A stretch of 62,659 bases of DNA, filler included, from Diploschistes diacapsis (GCA_023645945.1; 11 parts of 11 records of this genome joined end to end with filler, not necessarily neighbours in it); one strand, 5' to 3'. Counted from the first letter of the whole stretch, positions 25,643 through 37,607 are shown. Notes: generated from the letters alone by a model not told the origin. Program-made: numbers and translations.

Positions 25643-26321
25643 TGTAAAGGATGAAATGCAGTAGTGTGATAGGAATGGTTATAGTATTTATGAACTAATC
25701 TCTAGAGAAGAAAAGAGGAGATCCTTTTATAAAAATTCTTCTTATATGGACCTACGGCCTTAACGCGGCGTTAAAATTGAATTTCTCCGCTCGCCCGAAA
25801 AACTATTATAATTATTTATTATAATCATTTTTTTCTTTTTTAATTCTAAATCTCTAGAACCGTTATTTACGTTTATCTAAAAACTTCCGTAAAGATCCCG
25901 ATATACTTTCCGTTAACCCCGCGAAAGGATAACGGACACGTATTCGCCGTAAAACGGAAATCTATCGGTATAATTCCGGTTAATTAATATACGAACCGAT
26001 ATCGATTTCTTAACGCGTAAAACGCGGATATATAAATTACGAATATCTATAAATTAAAATATATAATAATTTTATAAGATAAATATATTAATAATAAATC
26101 CTGTCGTCCCGATATATCTTTATAATCTTTATATTTTTTTAATCTTTCTTTTACTTCTTATCTTTAATTATAATTTAATAACCCTTTAAATAAAAATATA
26201 ATAAAAAACTTTCTAAAAATACCTCTACCTCGGCTAATATACGTATATCCCGCGATTAAATTCCGGAAGATCAACGATTAACGATAATAAAAAACAACCT
26301 AATTCTAATCCTCGATTCTAT
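25643..26321 (-). mobile_element. RIP-degenerated LTR retrotransposon 3' end (LTR ~25643-25823)
   Basis: On the minus strand a purine run AAAAAGAAAAAAAA precedes a ~180-bp segment ending TTTACA at the junction with the Fot1 copy; upstream DNA is AT-rich and stop-riddled. Confidence 0.5.
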
Positions 26322-26776
26322 TGTTACGATCCAAGTAACTAGGTGGTAGTCCACTTGGCACTTCACAGCTGATCGGGCATCTTCCCAACCACTCCTTGTA
26401 TATAGTACAATCATAATGACACTGATCACGTGATAAGTAGAAAACCTTAAAAGCTATTTTACCCTCTATAGGTAGAACGGGAGAACGATAGTTTTATTTA
26501 TTTACTAATCTATTCTATTAAGAAATAATTAACTATATAAAAACACGCCATGGCTCCTATAAATTAAGATATATTTACTTTTATAAACATCTTTAGCGAT
26601 TACTCGAGATCAATTTATATTCGTTAATTTCTATTAATAGAAAGTAATCTTTCTATAGATCAGTATAGATTTACAATCGATCTATTTCTTTTTTTTTTAT
26701 ATTTTTCTTCTAATAAAGATCAAATTTACTTTAATTAATACCTCGTGTCTATTTTATAGAGATAAAGATTATAATA
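26322..26776. repeat. Probable LTR of another family
   Basis: Abrupt start TGTTACGAT with higher GC; contig ends in ATTATAATA, compatible with a RIPed ATCGTAACA inverted terminus. Confidence 0.45.
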
Positions 26777-26876
26777 NNNNNNNNNNNNNNNNNNNNNNNN
26801 NNNNNNNNNNNNNNNNNNNNTTAATTAATTAANNNNNNNNNNNNNNNNNNNNNNNNNNNNNNNNNNNNNNNNNNNN

Positions 26877-27520
26877 GATTACATAATTGGGACACGTATT
26901 AACAATAGTCATGTACAGTTAGTGGACCACAATTGTGTAAATCCAGAAAATTTGAAGTTTGTTACAGAGAGTGTTGAGTTTCCACAAACTATTTACGGGA
27001 GACATGAAATTCAACGACCCAGTCAACATATTCTGAAATTTTTTTTGATTACATAATTGGGACACGTATTCACAATAGTCATGTACAGTTAGTGGACCAC
27101 AATTGTGTTAAATCCAGAAAATTTGAAGTTTGTTACAGAGAGTGTTGAGTTTCCACAAACTATTTGCGGGAGACATGAAATTCAACGAACCAGTCAACAT
27201 ATTCTGAAAAATTTTTTGATTACATAATTGGGACACGTATCTCCAATACTCATGTACAGTTAATGGACCACAGTTCTGTCAAATCCAGAAAAATTGATGT
27301 TTGTCACGGAGAGTGCTGAGTTCCGACACTTTGTTTACGGGAGACATGAATTTCAACGATCCAGTCAACATATTCTCAAAAAGTTTGTGATTACATAATT
27401 GGGATACGTATCTCCGATACTCATGAACAGTAAGTGGACCACAATTGTGTCAAACCCAGACAGTATGAAGTTGGTTACAGAGAATGCTGAATTCCCACAC
27501 GTTATACGGGATCAACATGG
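26877..27520. repeat. 171-bp tandem array (~3.8 units, open at the contig start)
   Basis: GATTACATAATTGGGA starts at 26877, 27047, 27218 and 27389 (periods 170/171/171); unit 2 has stops in all six frames. Confidence 0.97.
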
Positions 27521-27988
27521 TTCGAAAGTCTCTTTGGTGCTGACAAGCAAGTGCACATACTATTGTTGTCAACAACCTTGCTGCCCAAAACTTTTCGACC
27601 AGTGGATCGTGGAAAGTTTCCGGCAAGCAAATTGCACAAAAATCGCATCATCATGATTCACGCTCTCAGCCTTCTACACAGCTTGAGTCGCTTGATGAGT
27701 CTGTTTTCAGCAACTTGCAAGGCCAGTTGGTGTCAGAATGAAGCCCAAAGACTTCATTACAACCCATGCGTGACTTTAATGAGTTGACACAACCAGGTCA
27801 AAGGTTGAGTACCATCACCCCCATGCCCTTGCATGGTTGATTAGTTTGATGATCAACATCATGCCCTGATCTTCATTAAGAGCCTGCCCGCTCTATTCCG
27901 GTACCGGATTGAGATGGATTGGGCATTTGTTGCACATAAAGTGATTAGGACATAAGGCTATCTTTTTTTAGAGTACACAAGGAGGGGG

Positions 27989-28589
27989 ATGCCAGTCGTA
28001 TGTGAAACGTGTTTGACACAATTCCCATCCAACTACGAACTTGCTCGGCATCGGAATCGGAAAACACCTTGCAAGGCTAAAGACGTGGAGTGTCCGGAAT
28101 GCAAGCACAAGTTTACGACACCAAGAGCTCTGAAAGCTCATATCAAAGATGGGCGTTGCAAAGGCAAGACCGACGCAATGTTGGCGGAAAATCTAGCAGA
28201 AGAAAATTTTAAATTGAAGAACCAGCTGGAGCAGCAATCCCAACTAATGAATATGGCTAACCAAGCTACAGCAACAGCTGCCTATCAAACAATCAACAAC
28301 ATACAGAACATCGAAACTCAGAAAGTGGTCGTCAATGTCCAAAGTCTGCAAGTGACTAACAGCATTGGGGAGGAAAATTTGCGTCATTTGTCCGGATTAT
28401 CTGCCCTTGAGCTTCGCCAAAAGCTTCTTGTTCGTCATGATCCGGAAGCACTTGCTCTTTGGTGCGAGCTTACACGGGCAGATGAAGCACACCCAGAGAA
28501 CCACAATGCTCTTTTGCAAAGTGAAGACAGTAGCCACATGACGTGCTGTCGTGGGGGGACCTGGGTAGTCGAGGAGAAAGATAAGATTC
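27989..28589 (+). CDS. Intronless zinc-finger/coiled-coil protein of giant-virus (NCLDV, MIGE-like) type; truncated
   Basis: CETC-x12-H..RKTPC and CPEC-x12-H...RC fingers; coiled coil; N/I-rich linker TINNIQNI; NSIGEENL; HPENHN; W-x4-KD. Confidence 0.75.
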
Positions 28590-28689
28590 NNNNNNNNNNN
28601 NNNNNNNNNNNNNNNNNNNNNNNNNNNNNNNNNTTAATTAATTAANNNNNNNNNNNNNNNNNNNNNNNNNNNNNNNNNNNNNNNNNNNN

Positions 28690-29969
28690 ATACAACACGT
28701 AGCGCCAATACTTCGTAACTTCGACCTTAACATAAACTACCAATAATTCGGAAATGATATACTTAATATATCTAAAATATTAATATGATTCTATCTACGT
28801 CGGTAATATGCTTTCTTATAAGCCTATTAATAGAACTAAACAAGAATAATAAAGAGCTCGCCTTCTAAATATTTAAAGAAAAAGCAAATAGTTCACAAAT
28901 AAAACCGATTTTAAAAGCAGCGATCCTAACATTATTAATATCGCTATTAATCATAGGCTCTAAAATAACAGTATCTCCAAATAAACGATTAATAGGCACG
29001 AAACATAGATACGAAACGGATATATTAAAACTCGATTAAAAGCTAAAATCCGGAAACGATTGAAAAAACGTGATAATAAGCTCTATTACGGACTCTATTA
29101 GAAGCGTAATAACAATCGAAAAAAAACTAGAAAAATCAGGGCTAAACATAGGTAAAGAAGTGATCAATACATACCGCTTATAAGACCTACTACGACGTTA
29201 AAAACGGATAATAGGCTCCCTTTCTACCGCCTACACGAGCTTATCTATAAACGTATCGCCTTTAATCAAAAACATCGTTAAAAACGTGTTAAAAGCTTAC
29301 TCGGACGTTTTAAAGATATGCTTTAACATTTTAATCAAGAAAGTATAAGAAGTAAGACACCAATAACAACGAGAAGCAAAAACGGACGACGAACGAGAAA
29401 CAAGAACGAACGGCGATAATAACTCGCTAATAAAATCTATAACATGAATTAAAGGAATAAGGGTTAAAAGATAAAGAAATAAGATATAAAAATATCACAA
29501 ACAAGATAAAGATATTATAATAAAATTAATATCTAAATAAAAACATTATTAATTTAATAAATATTTAATCTACAAATAACCAGCGTCGATATTAGAATTT
29601 ATTTATATTATAATTAACTACTAACGAACCTTAGAATATACATACAAAAACGAGAATAAGCTCGATCTATATTAAGGATCGAAATAATAACGATATAAAT
29701 CGAATTAATCATCTAATCTATTTTAATAGGCAAAGAAAGGACCATAAAGGTGGCTCTGAGGGACCAGAGCAAGAAAAAAAGAGATAATTGTAAGGCCAAG
29801 CAAGAAGCATGCCAATAGTCGGACAAGCGGCACTCAGGGTCTTGGCTTGCGGGTACTTGAAAGGGGATTTTGCCCTTCTTACTCTCTCCTCTTCTTTAGT
29901 AATTAGTCCTAGCATGAATATGCCCTGCGTACAGCCATCTTGCCACATTGTCGTATTCCACCCTTTACA
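28690..29969 (+). mobile_element. RIPed LTR-retrotransposon 3' region with PPT and 181-bp LTR (29789-29969)
   Basis: AAGAAAAAAAGAGA purine tract then TGTAAGG...CCTTTACA GC-richer segment; upstream internal region too decayed to assign. Confidence 0.55.
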
Positions 29970-30502
29970 AATATTATCCCCTTTTTTCAATTTTATCGAC
30001 CCGACAAACACCGAAAAATAAACATAAATACTAAATAAAAGAAAATCCCAAATCGTGGAACAGCGATATCTTCTTTTTTTTCGAAATAAAAGAAACGTTT
30101 AAACATTATCATTCGTTTTCGGGGTTATCTAGACATACTATTTTATAATTATTGTTTCTTTTTTTACGATTATATTAGAATACTTTTTATCTCTATTAAA
30201 TACGCTCGTTGTGGTAAATCTAATAAGAAGGATTGCATTTATGTTATCTAAAAAATAATTAAACGAATTATCCTTTCGATTAAGGAAGAGATCGATAAAG
30301 ATAAAAAGCTTATTAACGAGGATAATAAATAAAAAGAAAAACTAAAAAAATAATTTCGTGAAATTAAAAATTGTCGTTTTTAATGTAAACGTCGTATTCG
30401 TCNNNNNNNNNNNNNNNNNNNNNNNNNNNNNNNNNNNNNNNNNNNNTTAATTAATTAANNNNNNNNNNNNNNNNNNNNNNNNNNNNNNNNNNNNNNNNNN
30501 NN

Positions 30503-31261
30503 ACCATAAACGACCGATTATTTAATCGAGAATAAGAACGTCGTTTTAATCGAAATAAAATTATTAGACTAAAACTTCGCTACCGTATTAGTTATATAAA
30601 AAATATATAAAATATAAAATATATAAATAACGATACCATAAATCTCGATATTTTAACTAGTAAACCCCGGTTCAATTAAAAGAAAGGAGCTAAAAGATTC
30701 AACGGGGGACCTTCAGCTGAAGGAAAAAAATGTTTCGAATGTGGCAAGATAGGCCACTTCGTTCAAGATTATCGATCTAAAAATAAGATCATCAGGAAAG
30801 ATACCCTAACCGCGACAGATTAATATCTTAACGTAATTATAATTATCTTTATAGAAAACTATCCGACCGACGGATAACCCTAGAAGGAAGTTATAATTAA
30901 CTCGGATACCATAACCTAACAAAACGACACCGACGACTTAACTAATAAAAATATCGAAACCGCGTTTTTGCAAATTATAACATTAATTACGTAAATTTCG
31001 AAAAACAACGATATTCCGAACCTAAATGTAACGGAATACAAAAAATCGACTTAAACATACGATCTAATTCCTAACGCCAGACCAAATATTCAAGAACCTT
31101 TAGGAATTAATTTAAGCGAAGAAGCAGCGTACGCGTTTCGTACTTTAAAAAAAGTTATAAACAAACAAAAGTATCTTCAAAAAAAAGTTCTTATCGTTAA
31201 TAATCGGAAACATCTAAATTACATACTTTTCGACGAATATAAAAACTTCGGATACAATTAC
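30503..31261 (+). mobile_element. Retrotransposon gag remnant with zinc knuckle
   Basis: 30731-30772 reads CFECGKIGHFVQDY = CX2CX4HX4C with the last TGT RIPed to TAT. Confidence 0.75.
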
Positions 31262-32215
31262 TGCTATGTAAATCATCTGTAAAATCAAGTGTGAGAAGTG
31301 TGTAGATTCGTAGCTAATCTGGAGCAAAATCTACTTATATACAGTAGATGCCAAGCGTTATCGTCATAGATGATACCTAGACAGCGAGGTCGGCAATATT
31401 TGCCTTAACAGCAACCTACAAGCAAGCCCAGCAACTACCACAATCTCCTTCTTTTAGTAAAAGCTTATGCCCCCATAAGCATATATCTATCTTATATTTT
31501 TATCAATAGCGATCCCAAAGCATCTTCTTTTATACTTATTTATCTTAGAGAAAAAATCTCCCACAAAGGCTTATTAAAAGTCCTTAAATAACAAAGTAAC
31601 TTTAATTCTTTTAAGAGATTAAAACCTTTATAATCGTCGCCATTTTTATTTACATCCTATTTTTAGTTTTATTTAATCTTTATAAGTTCGTTATAGTTTT
31701 TTTTATAATCGGCGACGAAGTTTTTAATATATCGTAATAATTCTTTCGACGATATTTATATATTTTCGTTAACATCGTATCCCGTCCAATGTATTAAATA
31801 CTTTGTTTTTTATCTTTTACTCTTCTTAAATTTCCTTTTAACTAATAATTTATTTATTTTATAATATCCTTCCTCCAAATCGATTGTTATAGATAGTAAA
31901 AATAAAAATCGGCGGTGATAAAGGTCGCCGACGGGATCTAAAACAGGTTCTAAATATGTTATATTAATAATATCGTGTATTCTATAATATTAAAGGAGTT
32001 TCAGCCTATAAGCGAGCTTATCTACTCGTTTAAAAATCTTGAAAGGATTTTATAAATTATGGCGAAATTTTCTTATTTAAGGCCACGAGTATCTTATATT
32101 TTTTATATAATTATAATATCGCAAAATCTCCTTCGCGTATAAAACAAACCTTATATCTCCGATCGTACGTTTCTTTTATAATAATCTTTATTATAGCTAA
32201 TATATCCTTCGTATC
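31262..32215 (-). mobile_element. Ty3/gypsy chromovirus 3' end (integrase tail, chromodomain, PPT, LTR ~31262-31442)
   Basis: Minus strand: KRVDKLAYRLKL...RIHDII, KYLIHWTGYDVNEN (chromodomain), PPT AAAAGAAGGAGA then TGTGGTAG. Confidence 0.8.
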
Positions 32216-32547
32216 NNNNNNNNNNNNNNNNNNNNNNNNNNNNNNNNNNNNNNNNNNNNTTAATTAATTAANNNNNNNNNNNNNNNNNNNNNNNNNNNNN
32301 NNNNNNNNNNNNNNNGGATTTGGAGTTCTAAACGCGAAATATCACGGCCGAAACAGGGTGCAGTATTGCATGAATTCTATAAAAGTACGTCCCTTCGTTG
32401 AGTTTAGACCGCCAACATACAATCGTTGTTGAAATATGTCGACCAACCATCCTGTTAAAGGAGGTCTTCCATGTGCTCGCCCAAACTCCGCTGCCGGCTA
32501 TGCTACGCTAGTGTTGAAACAGATAGCTGAACAGAAACTAACAAAAC

Positions 32548-34117
32548 CTAGACCGGCAATGGAAACGAGCCAGCCCAATCCGTGATTTCTTTTCGCAAGC
32601 TAGCAATCTCCTCGACTTCGCTGGTGACGATCTTAGCCTTGAAGTCCTTCTGTTTATTGGCTTCCTTGGGTAGGCTGCTTTGAACTTGCTTCGCAATCTT
32701 GATGCACCTATCGATATACACGGCGATCTGAGCAAAGTCCTTCTCACCCATCCCGCGGGTGGACATGGCTCCGGCACCAATCCTGATACCCCCTGGCGTC
32801 AGTGCCGACTTGTCTCCTGGAACAGAGTTCTTGTTGCATGCAATGTTCACTTGCTCCAAGACAAACTCTACTCGTGCGCCGTCCATGCTGTTCGGGCGAA
32901 GATCCAATAGGACCATGTGGCTATCCGTGCCATCAGCAACCAGCTTGTATCCGAGCTTCTTGAACTCAGTCTCTAGGGTCTTGGCATTCTTCAATACTTG
33001 TTGTTGATATTGCTTGAATTCCGGAGTCATGGTCTGCTTTAAAGCGACTGCTAAGGCTGTGATTGTGTGATTGTGAGGTCCTCCCTGATGCCCCGGAAAG
33101 ACGGAAAAATTAATAGGGCCTTCCAGATCGTACAAGAGCTCTTTGCCAGCCTTCTGATCTACTCTTCTGACGCCCTTGCGGAAGAAAATCATAGCACCTC
33201 TCGGCCCTCGCAACGATTTGTGGGTTGTGGTCGTAACTATGTCTGCGTATTCGAAAGGCGAAGGAATCACGCCAGCGGCGATGAGACCCGAAATGTGGGC
33301 CATGTCGACCATCAAGTAGGCACCGCAAAGATCGGCAATCTCGCGCATGCGTTTGTAGTCGATGAGACGACAGTACGCAGACGTACCGGCTACAAGAACC
33401 TTTGGCCGATACATAATCGCGTTGGCCTCGAGCGCCTCATAGTCGATGATGCCGGTTTCGAGATTTACGCGGTATGGAAGCGTCTCAAAGTAGGTTGATA
33501 CAGCGGATATCCTAGGATGGTGTTAGCTTTAGAGAATATCAAAACGTACAGCTGTCAATAGGACATACTTCCTGGCGGGCGTTTGATAACCGTGGCTCAG
33601 ATGACCTCCGTGGGGTAAATCCAGACCCATAAGTCTCTCGTGCGGCCTCATAATTGCCTGATATACTTGTAAATTTGCCGGGCTGCCGCTGAGGCACTGC
33701 ACGTTGACACCCCATTTTCCCTCATCAAGGCCAAACGCCTGTAGAGCGCGGGCTTGACAGGTCAATTCGATAGCATCAATGTGCTGGTTGCCACCATAGT
33801 AGCGCGCTCCGGGATACCCTTCGCTGTACTTGTTGCTCATGGGTGTGCCGAGCGCATCAAAGACGGCACGGGAGGTGAAGTTCTCGGAGGCGATGAGGTT
33901 TATAGACTCTCGCTGGCGTTGCACTTCATTGCGCTTCCCATAATTCAGTGCCCGAGCCCGTGGATGAGTTGCGATCAGCTAACCATGATCTCTGCGACCT
34001 CCGGATCCAAGTCCTCCAGTGACTTCTCCAGGAGCTAGTCCTTGTCAGCCTCATCTTCCGTGACAGATCGAAAGTACCTCCCTCTTTGTGAGAGCTTGAA
34101 AGCGCGTAAGTTGCCAT
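32548..34117 (-). CDS. SHM2: Cytosolic serine hydroxymethyltransferase; 4 exons
   Basis: [32 protein letters not shown]-lysine motif [13 protein letters not shown]; no mitochondrial presequence. Confidence 0.97.
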
Positions 34118-34536
34118 GATAGATAGAGGAGTGTCGTTCTTTCGCTCCCTGAGAAGGCAGCGAGTGAGTATGTCCGAATCAGGGGCGAAGAATGTTTCTG
34201 GTAGCGGACTAGTTGTTCACTGAAAATATCTGGGCAGGACCTGTCTCCGTAGTAGTAGATATGTAGACCACTGGACCGATTTACCGGTTAAAAAAAAAAC
34301 TAGTGCTGTATTCTACATTTTATTACGATACCTGTAACGGAGCTACTAATGTATCCAATCCTCACAAAAACTTCAAAATGCCCCGCTGTGGGGCTATTAA
34401 CGTGATTTGCCGAGACAGCTTTAGCGGTGATCAATGCTGTAGGTAGTAATTGTAGACTGTGCATTACACTTGTCGATCCAGTCAAGTTGCCATATCAGCT
34501 ACCTCAAAAAAAGAATTTTCACTCAACCTAGGCACA

Positions 34537-36244
34537 ATGGCTAAGGTCCAACAAAGAGTCGTCCTAAGTGAGTAGCCAACGCTCGCCTAGTACCGCTCAT
34601 GCCTTAACAAGCCTAGTTGTCATTGACGGTTGGGGACTGCCCAGCGCCGCTTCACGTCTTGATGGTGATGCCATTGCAGCCGCCGAGACCCCCGTAATGG
34701 ACTCTTTCAAAGAGCCCGGTTCAAAAACAGCAGAGGGCTATACAGAACTGGAAGCTTCATCCCTAGCAGTTGGCCTTCCAGAGGGATTGATGGGCAATAG
34801 CGAGGTCGGCCATCTGAACATTGGCGCTGGTCGGGTTGTGTGGCAGGATGTCGTCCGCATCGATCAGGCCTTGAAGAATGGAGAGTTCAAAAAGATTGAA
34901 AGCATCCAGAAGTCGTTCCAAAGAGCGAAGAATGGAAACGGCAGGCTTCATCTACTAGGACTCATTTCCGACGGCGGCGTACACTCACGCCAGGAACACC
35001 TGTACGGTCTTCTCCGGGTCGCCAAAGAAGTTGGCGTGCCTCACGTCTTCATACATTTCTTCGGCGACGGCAGAGATACGGATCCTAAGTCCGCAACCGG
35101 ATACATGAAACAACTCCTTGCCAAGACGAAAGAGATTGGTATTGGCGAGATTGCTACGGTCGTTGGGCGCTATTATATAATGGATCGCGATAAGAGGTGG
35201 GATCGCGTCGAGATTGGAATGCGTGGTCTTGTCACTGGGGAGGGCGAAGAAAGCTCCGACCCTGTAGCAGCGATTGAGAATCGATACTCGAATGGCGAGA
35301 ATGACGAATTCCTGAAGCCGATCATTGTGGGAGGTAGCAATGCGCGTGTAAAAGGTGCGAGTGTTATGACCGTTCCATTTTTTCTCCTAACGATGCACAG
35401 ATGGTGACACCCTTTTCTTCTTCAATTACCGGTCTGACAGGGTCCGTGAAGTGACACAACTGCTTGGTGACATTGATCGCTCTCCAAAGCCCGACTTTCC
35501 ATATCCAAAGGACATCCACATCACGACCATGACTCGATACAAGACAGATTATCCGTTCCCCGTGGCTTTCGAGCCACAACATATGGGCAATGTCTTAGCT
35601 GAATGGCTCGCCAAAAAGGGATTGAAGCAATCTCATATAGCAGAGACAGAAAAGTATGCTCACGTCACCTTTTTCTTTAACGGTGGAGTTGAGAAGCAGT
35701 TTGAGGGGGAAGACCGGGAGTTGATCCCTTCGCCAAAAGTAGCAACCTATGACTTGGACCCAAAGATGAGTGCGGGCGGGGTTGCTGATATGCTATGTGA
35801 ACGCATTGGTGACGGAAAGTATGAATTTCTGATGAACAACTTCGCTCCACCAGACATGGTGGGCCACACGGGCGTCTACAAGGCTGCCATTGAGGGTGTG
35901 GCTGTGACGGACAGAGCCATTGGCAAAGTCTTCGATTCTTGCAAGAAGCACGGATATGTGTTGTTTATAACCTCTGATCATGGGTGAGCTGTGTTTCCCA
36001 AGACCATGCTTGTCTTTGGCTTATAAGATCCAGCAACGCCGAAGAGATGCTTAACGAAGAAGGCAAGCCGAAGACATCGCACACAACTAACAAAGTCCCG
36101 CTAGTGATGGCAAACGCACCAAAAGGATGGAGTCTTAAAAAGACAGATGGTGTTTTGGGGGATGTTGCACCAACAGTCTTAGCCGCGATGGGCATCGAGC
36201 AGCCACACGAGATGAGCGGCGTGAGCCTTTTGGTGAAATCTTAA
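34537..36244 (+). CDS. 2,3-bisphosphoglycerate-independent phosphoglycerate mutase; 4 exons
   Basis: VIDGWG, GLMGNSEVGHLNIGAGR, SDGGVHS, AETEKYAHVTFFFNGG, PDMVGHTG, SDHGNAE. Confidence 0.97.
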
Positions 36245-36415
36245 CAGGAGCTACTAGATACTGGGGGATCTCAACCAGTGCCGCTACGAAACTTCCTGCT
36301 AAAAGTGTGCATGTGAGTTTGATGTCCTTGCGACGGATCGATCCTGGTTCAGGCGTAAATAGCCTAGTTCCAGATTTTACGAGGTAAGGGCGGCGAAGGT
36401 GCCCGTCAATGAGAC

Positions 36416-36993
36416 TTATGAGGATATTTTGGCCGCGTTTGGTTGCTGCATTGAACTCTGAAGACCAACCATCTACTGGCATTAGAGGCGAATCAAGGAC
36501 TTCATACAACACGTACCTCTGATCGTTTCTTCTCCACGTTGTCTTGAGTAGCTTTGATTATTACATCGATTCTCGCCCTGCCAAAAGATATTAGTCGAGT
36601 TTGGCCGAGTAGGTCAAGACACAGACACGGACATTTCTTTATCAATAAACTCTAATCGTTGGTCGACAGCCATCACAGCCTCGCTTCGATCTTGCTTGAG
36701 AAGAACCGGCCCAACGAGCTTGTATATGCCAGCGTCCTCACTGAGTTTGGTAAACTCCTGCAAAGGTTCCGTTAAGATATCGTCCATGGGTCACTGCAGT
36801 TATATTCTGTACCTTCTGCACGCTCTTGTTCTCCTGTTGCTGTGATTCTAATTTCTGTCGAGCATCTATATTGCTTTGCAGCTCTGGACCGTTAATTTAC
36901 AATCAGAGCTAGACCCGAGGATGGCGCCATACCCAACTGTAGGTTCTGAAAGTCTTCAGAGAGAGCTTGAAGCTTCTTCTGATTATCTGCCAT
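36416..36993 (-). CDS. YKE2: Prefoldin subunit 6; 5 exons, missing from the ORF track
   Basis: Splicing four GT-AG introns gives MADNQKKLQALSEDFQNLQLELQSNIDARQKLESQQQENKSVQKEFTKLSEDAGIYKLVGPVLLKQDRSEAVMAVDQRLEFIDKEM... Confidence 0.93.
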
Positions 36994-37198
36994 GTCTACC
37001 TAAACAAAGTCTTAGCATGCGATAAGCTTTTGAAGTAGATGGCTAGAAAGATGGATATGCGAGCGTCGACCGAGATATCGACTAATGTGACAGTAAGTAA
37101 CCGGTGAGGTTAGCCTGAGGCCATCTACTAGTAGTATTACTACTGGCCTTTAAGCGCAACAGGCGATGAATTACATTACTAACCATAACTGCTACTTA

Positions 37199-37607
37199 AA
37201 GTGTTTCATCATGAAACGGAACATACCACTAAGCGGAACATTACATTATAATGTAATTACGTTAGATCGAGCGCTTTTATATTGAGTTTAATTTTTAAAT
37301 TTGAAACGAGCTTTTAAGCTAAATTTATTCCGTACGAAGCCTAATAACTACATATTAAATTGTTTATACGAAGACGACGATAAAACGTTATTTAAAAAAA
37401 ATTCCGTATCGTTTACTGGCTTATCGTACGAATTTATATTTTTTAAATTATTAAGCATATAATACGAAAAGCGATTCGGCCTTTTGAAATATTTATAATA
37501 AAAGAACGTTATCGTACGAAAGATAAAAATATTAAGAAATACATTTTTTGAAAATGTAGGGATTATGTTTCGCTTGGTGGTGTGTTCCGTTTCGTGGTGT
37601 AACACCT
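37199..37607. mobile_element. 409-bp non-autonomous TIR element (MITE / Tc1-mariner deletion derivative)
   Basis: ~45-bp imperfect TIRs (AAGTGTTTCATCATGAAACGGAACATACCACTAAGCG vs reverse complement AGGTGTTACACCACGAAACGGAACACACCACCAAGCG), TA on both sides, AT-rich RIP-like interior. Confidence 0.85.

Noticed and set aside
26877..27520. 171-bp array as CRISPR, primate alpha-satellite or a 57-codon protein repeat
   Set aside because: No unique spacers or cas genes; only the length resembles alpha-satellite; unit 2 has stops in all six frames.
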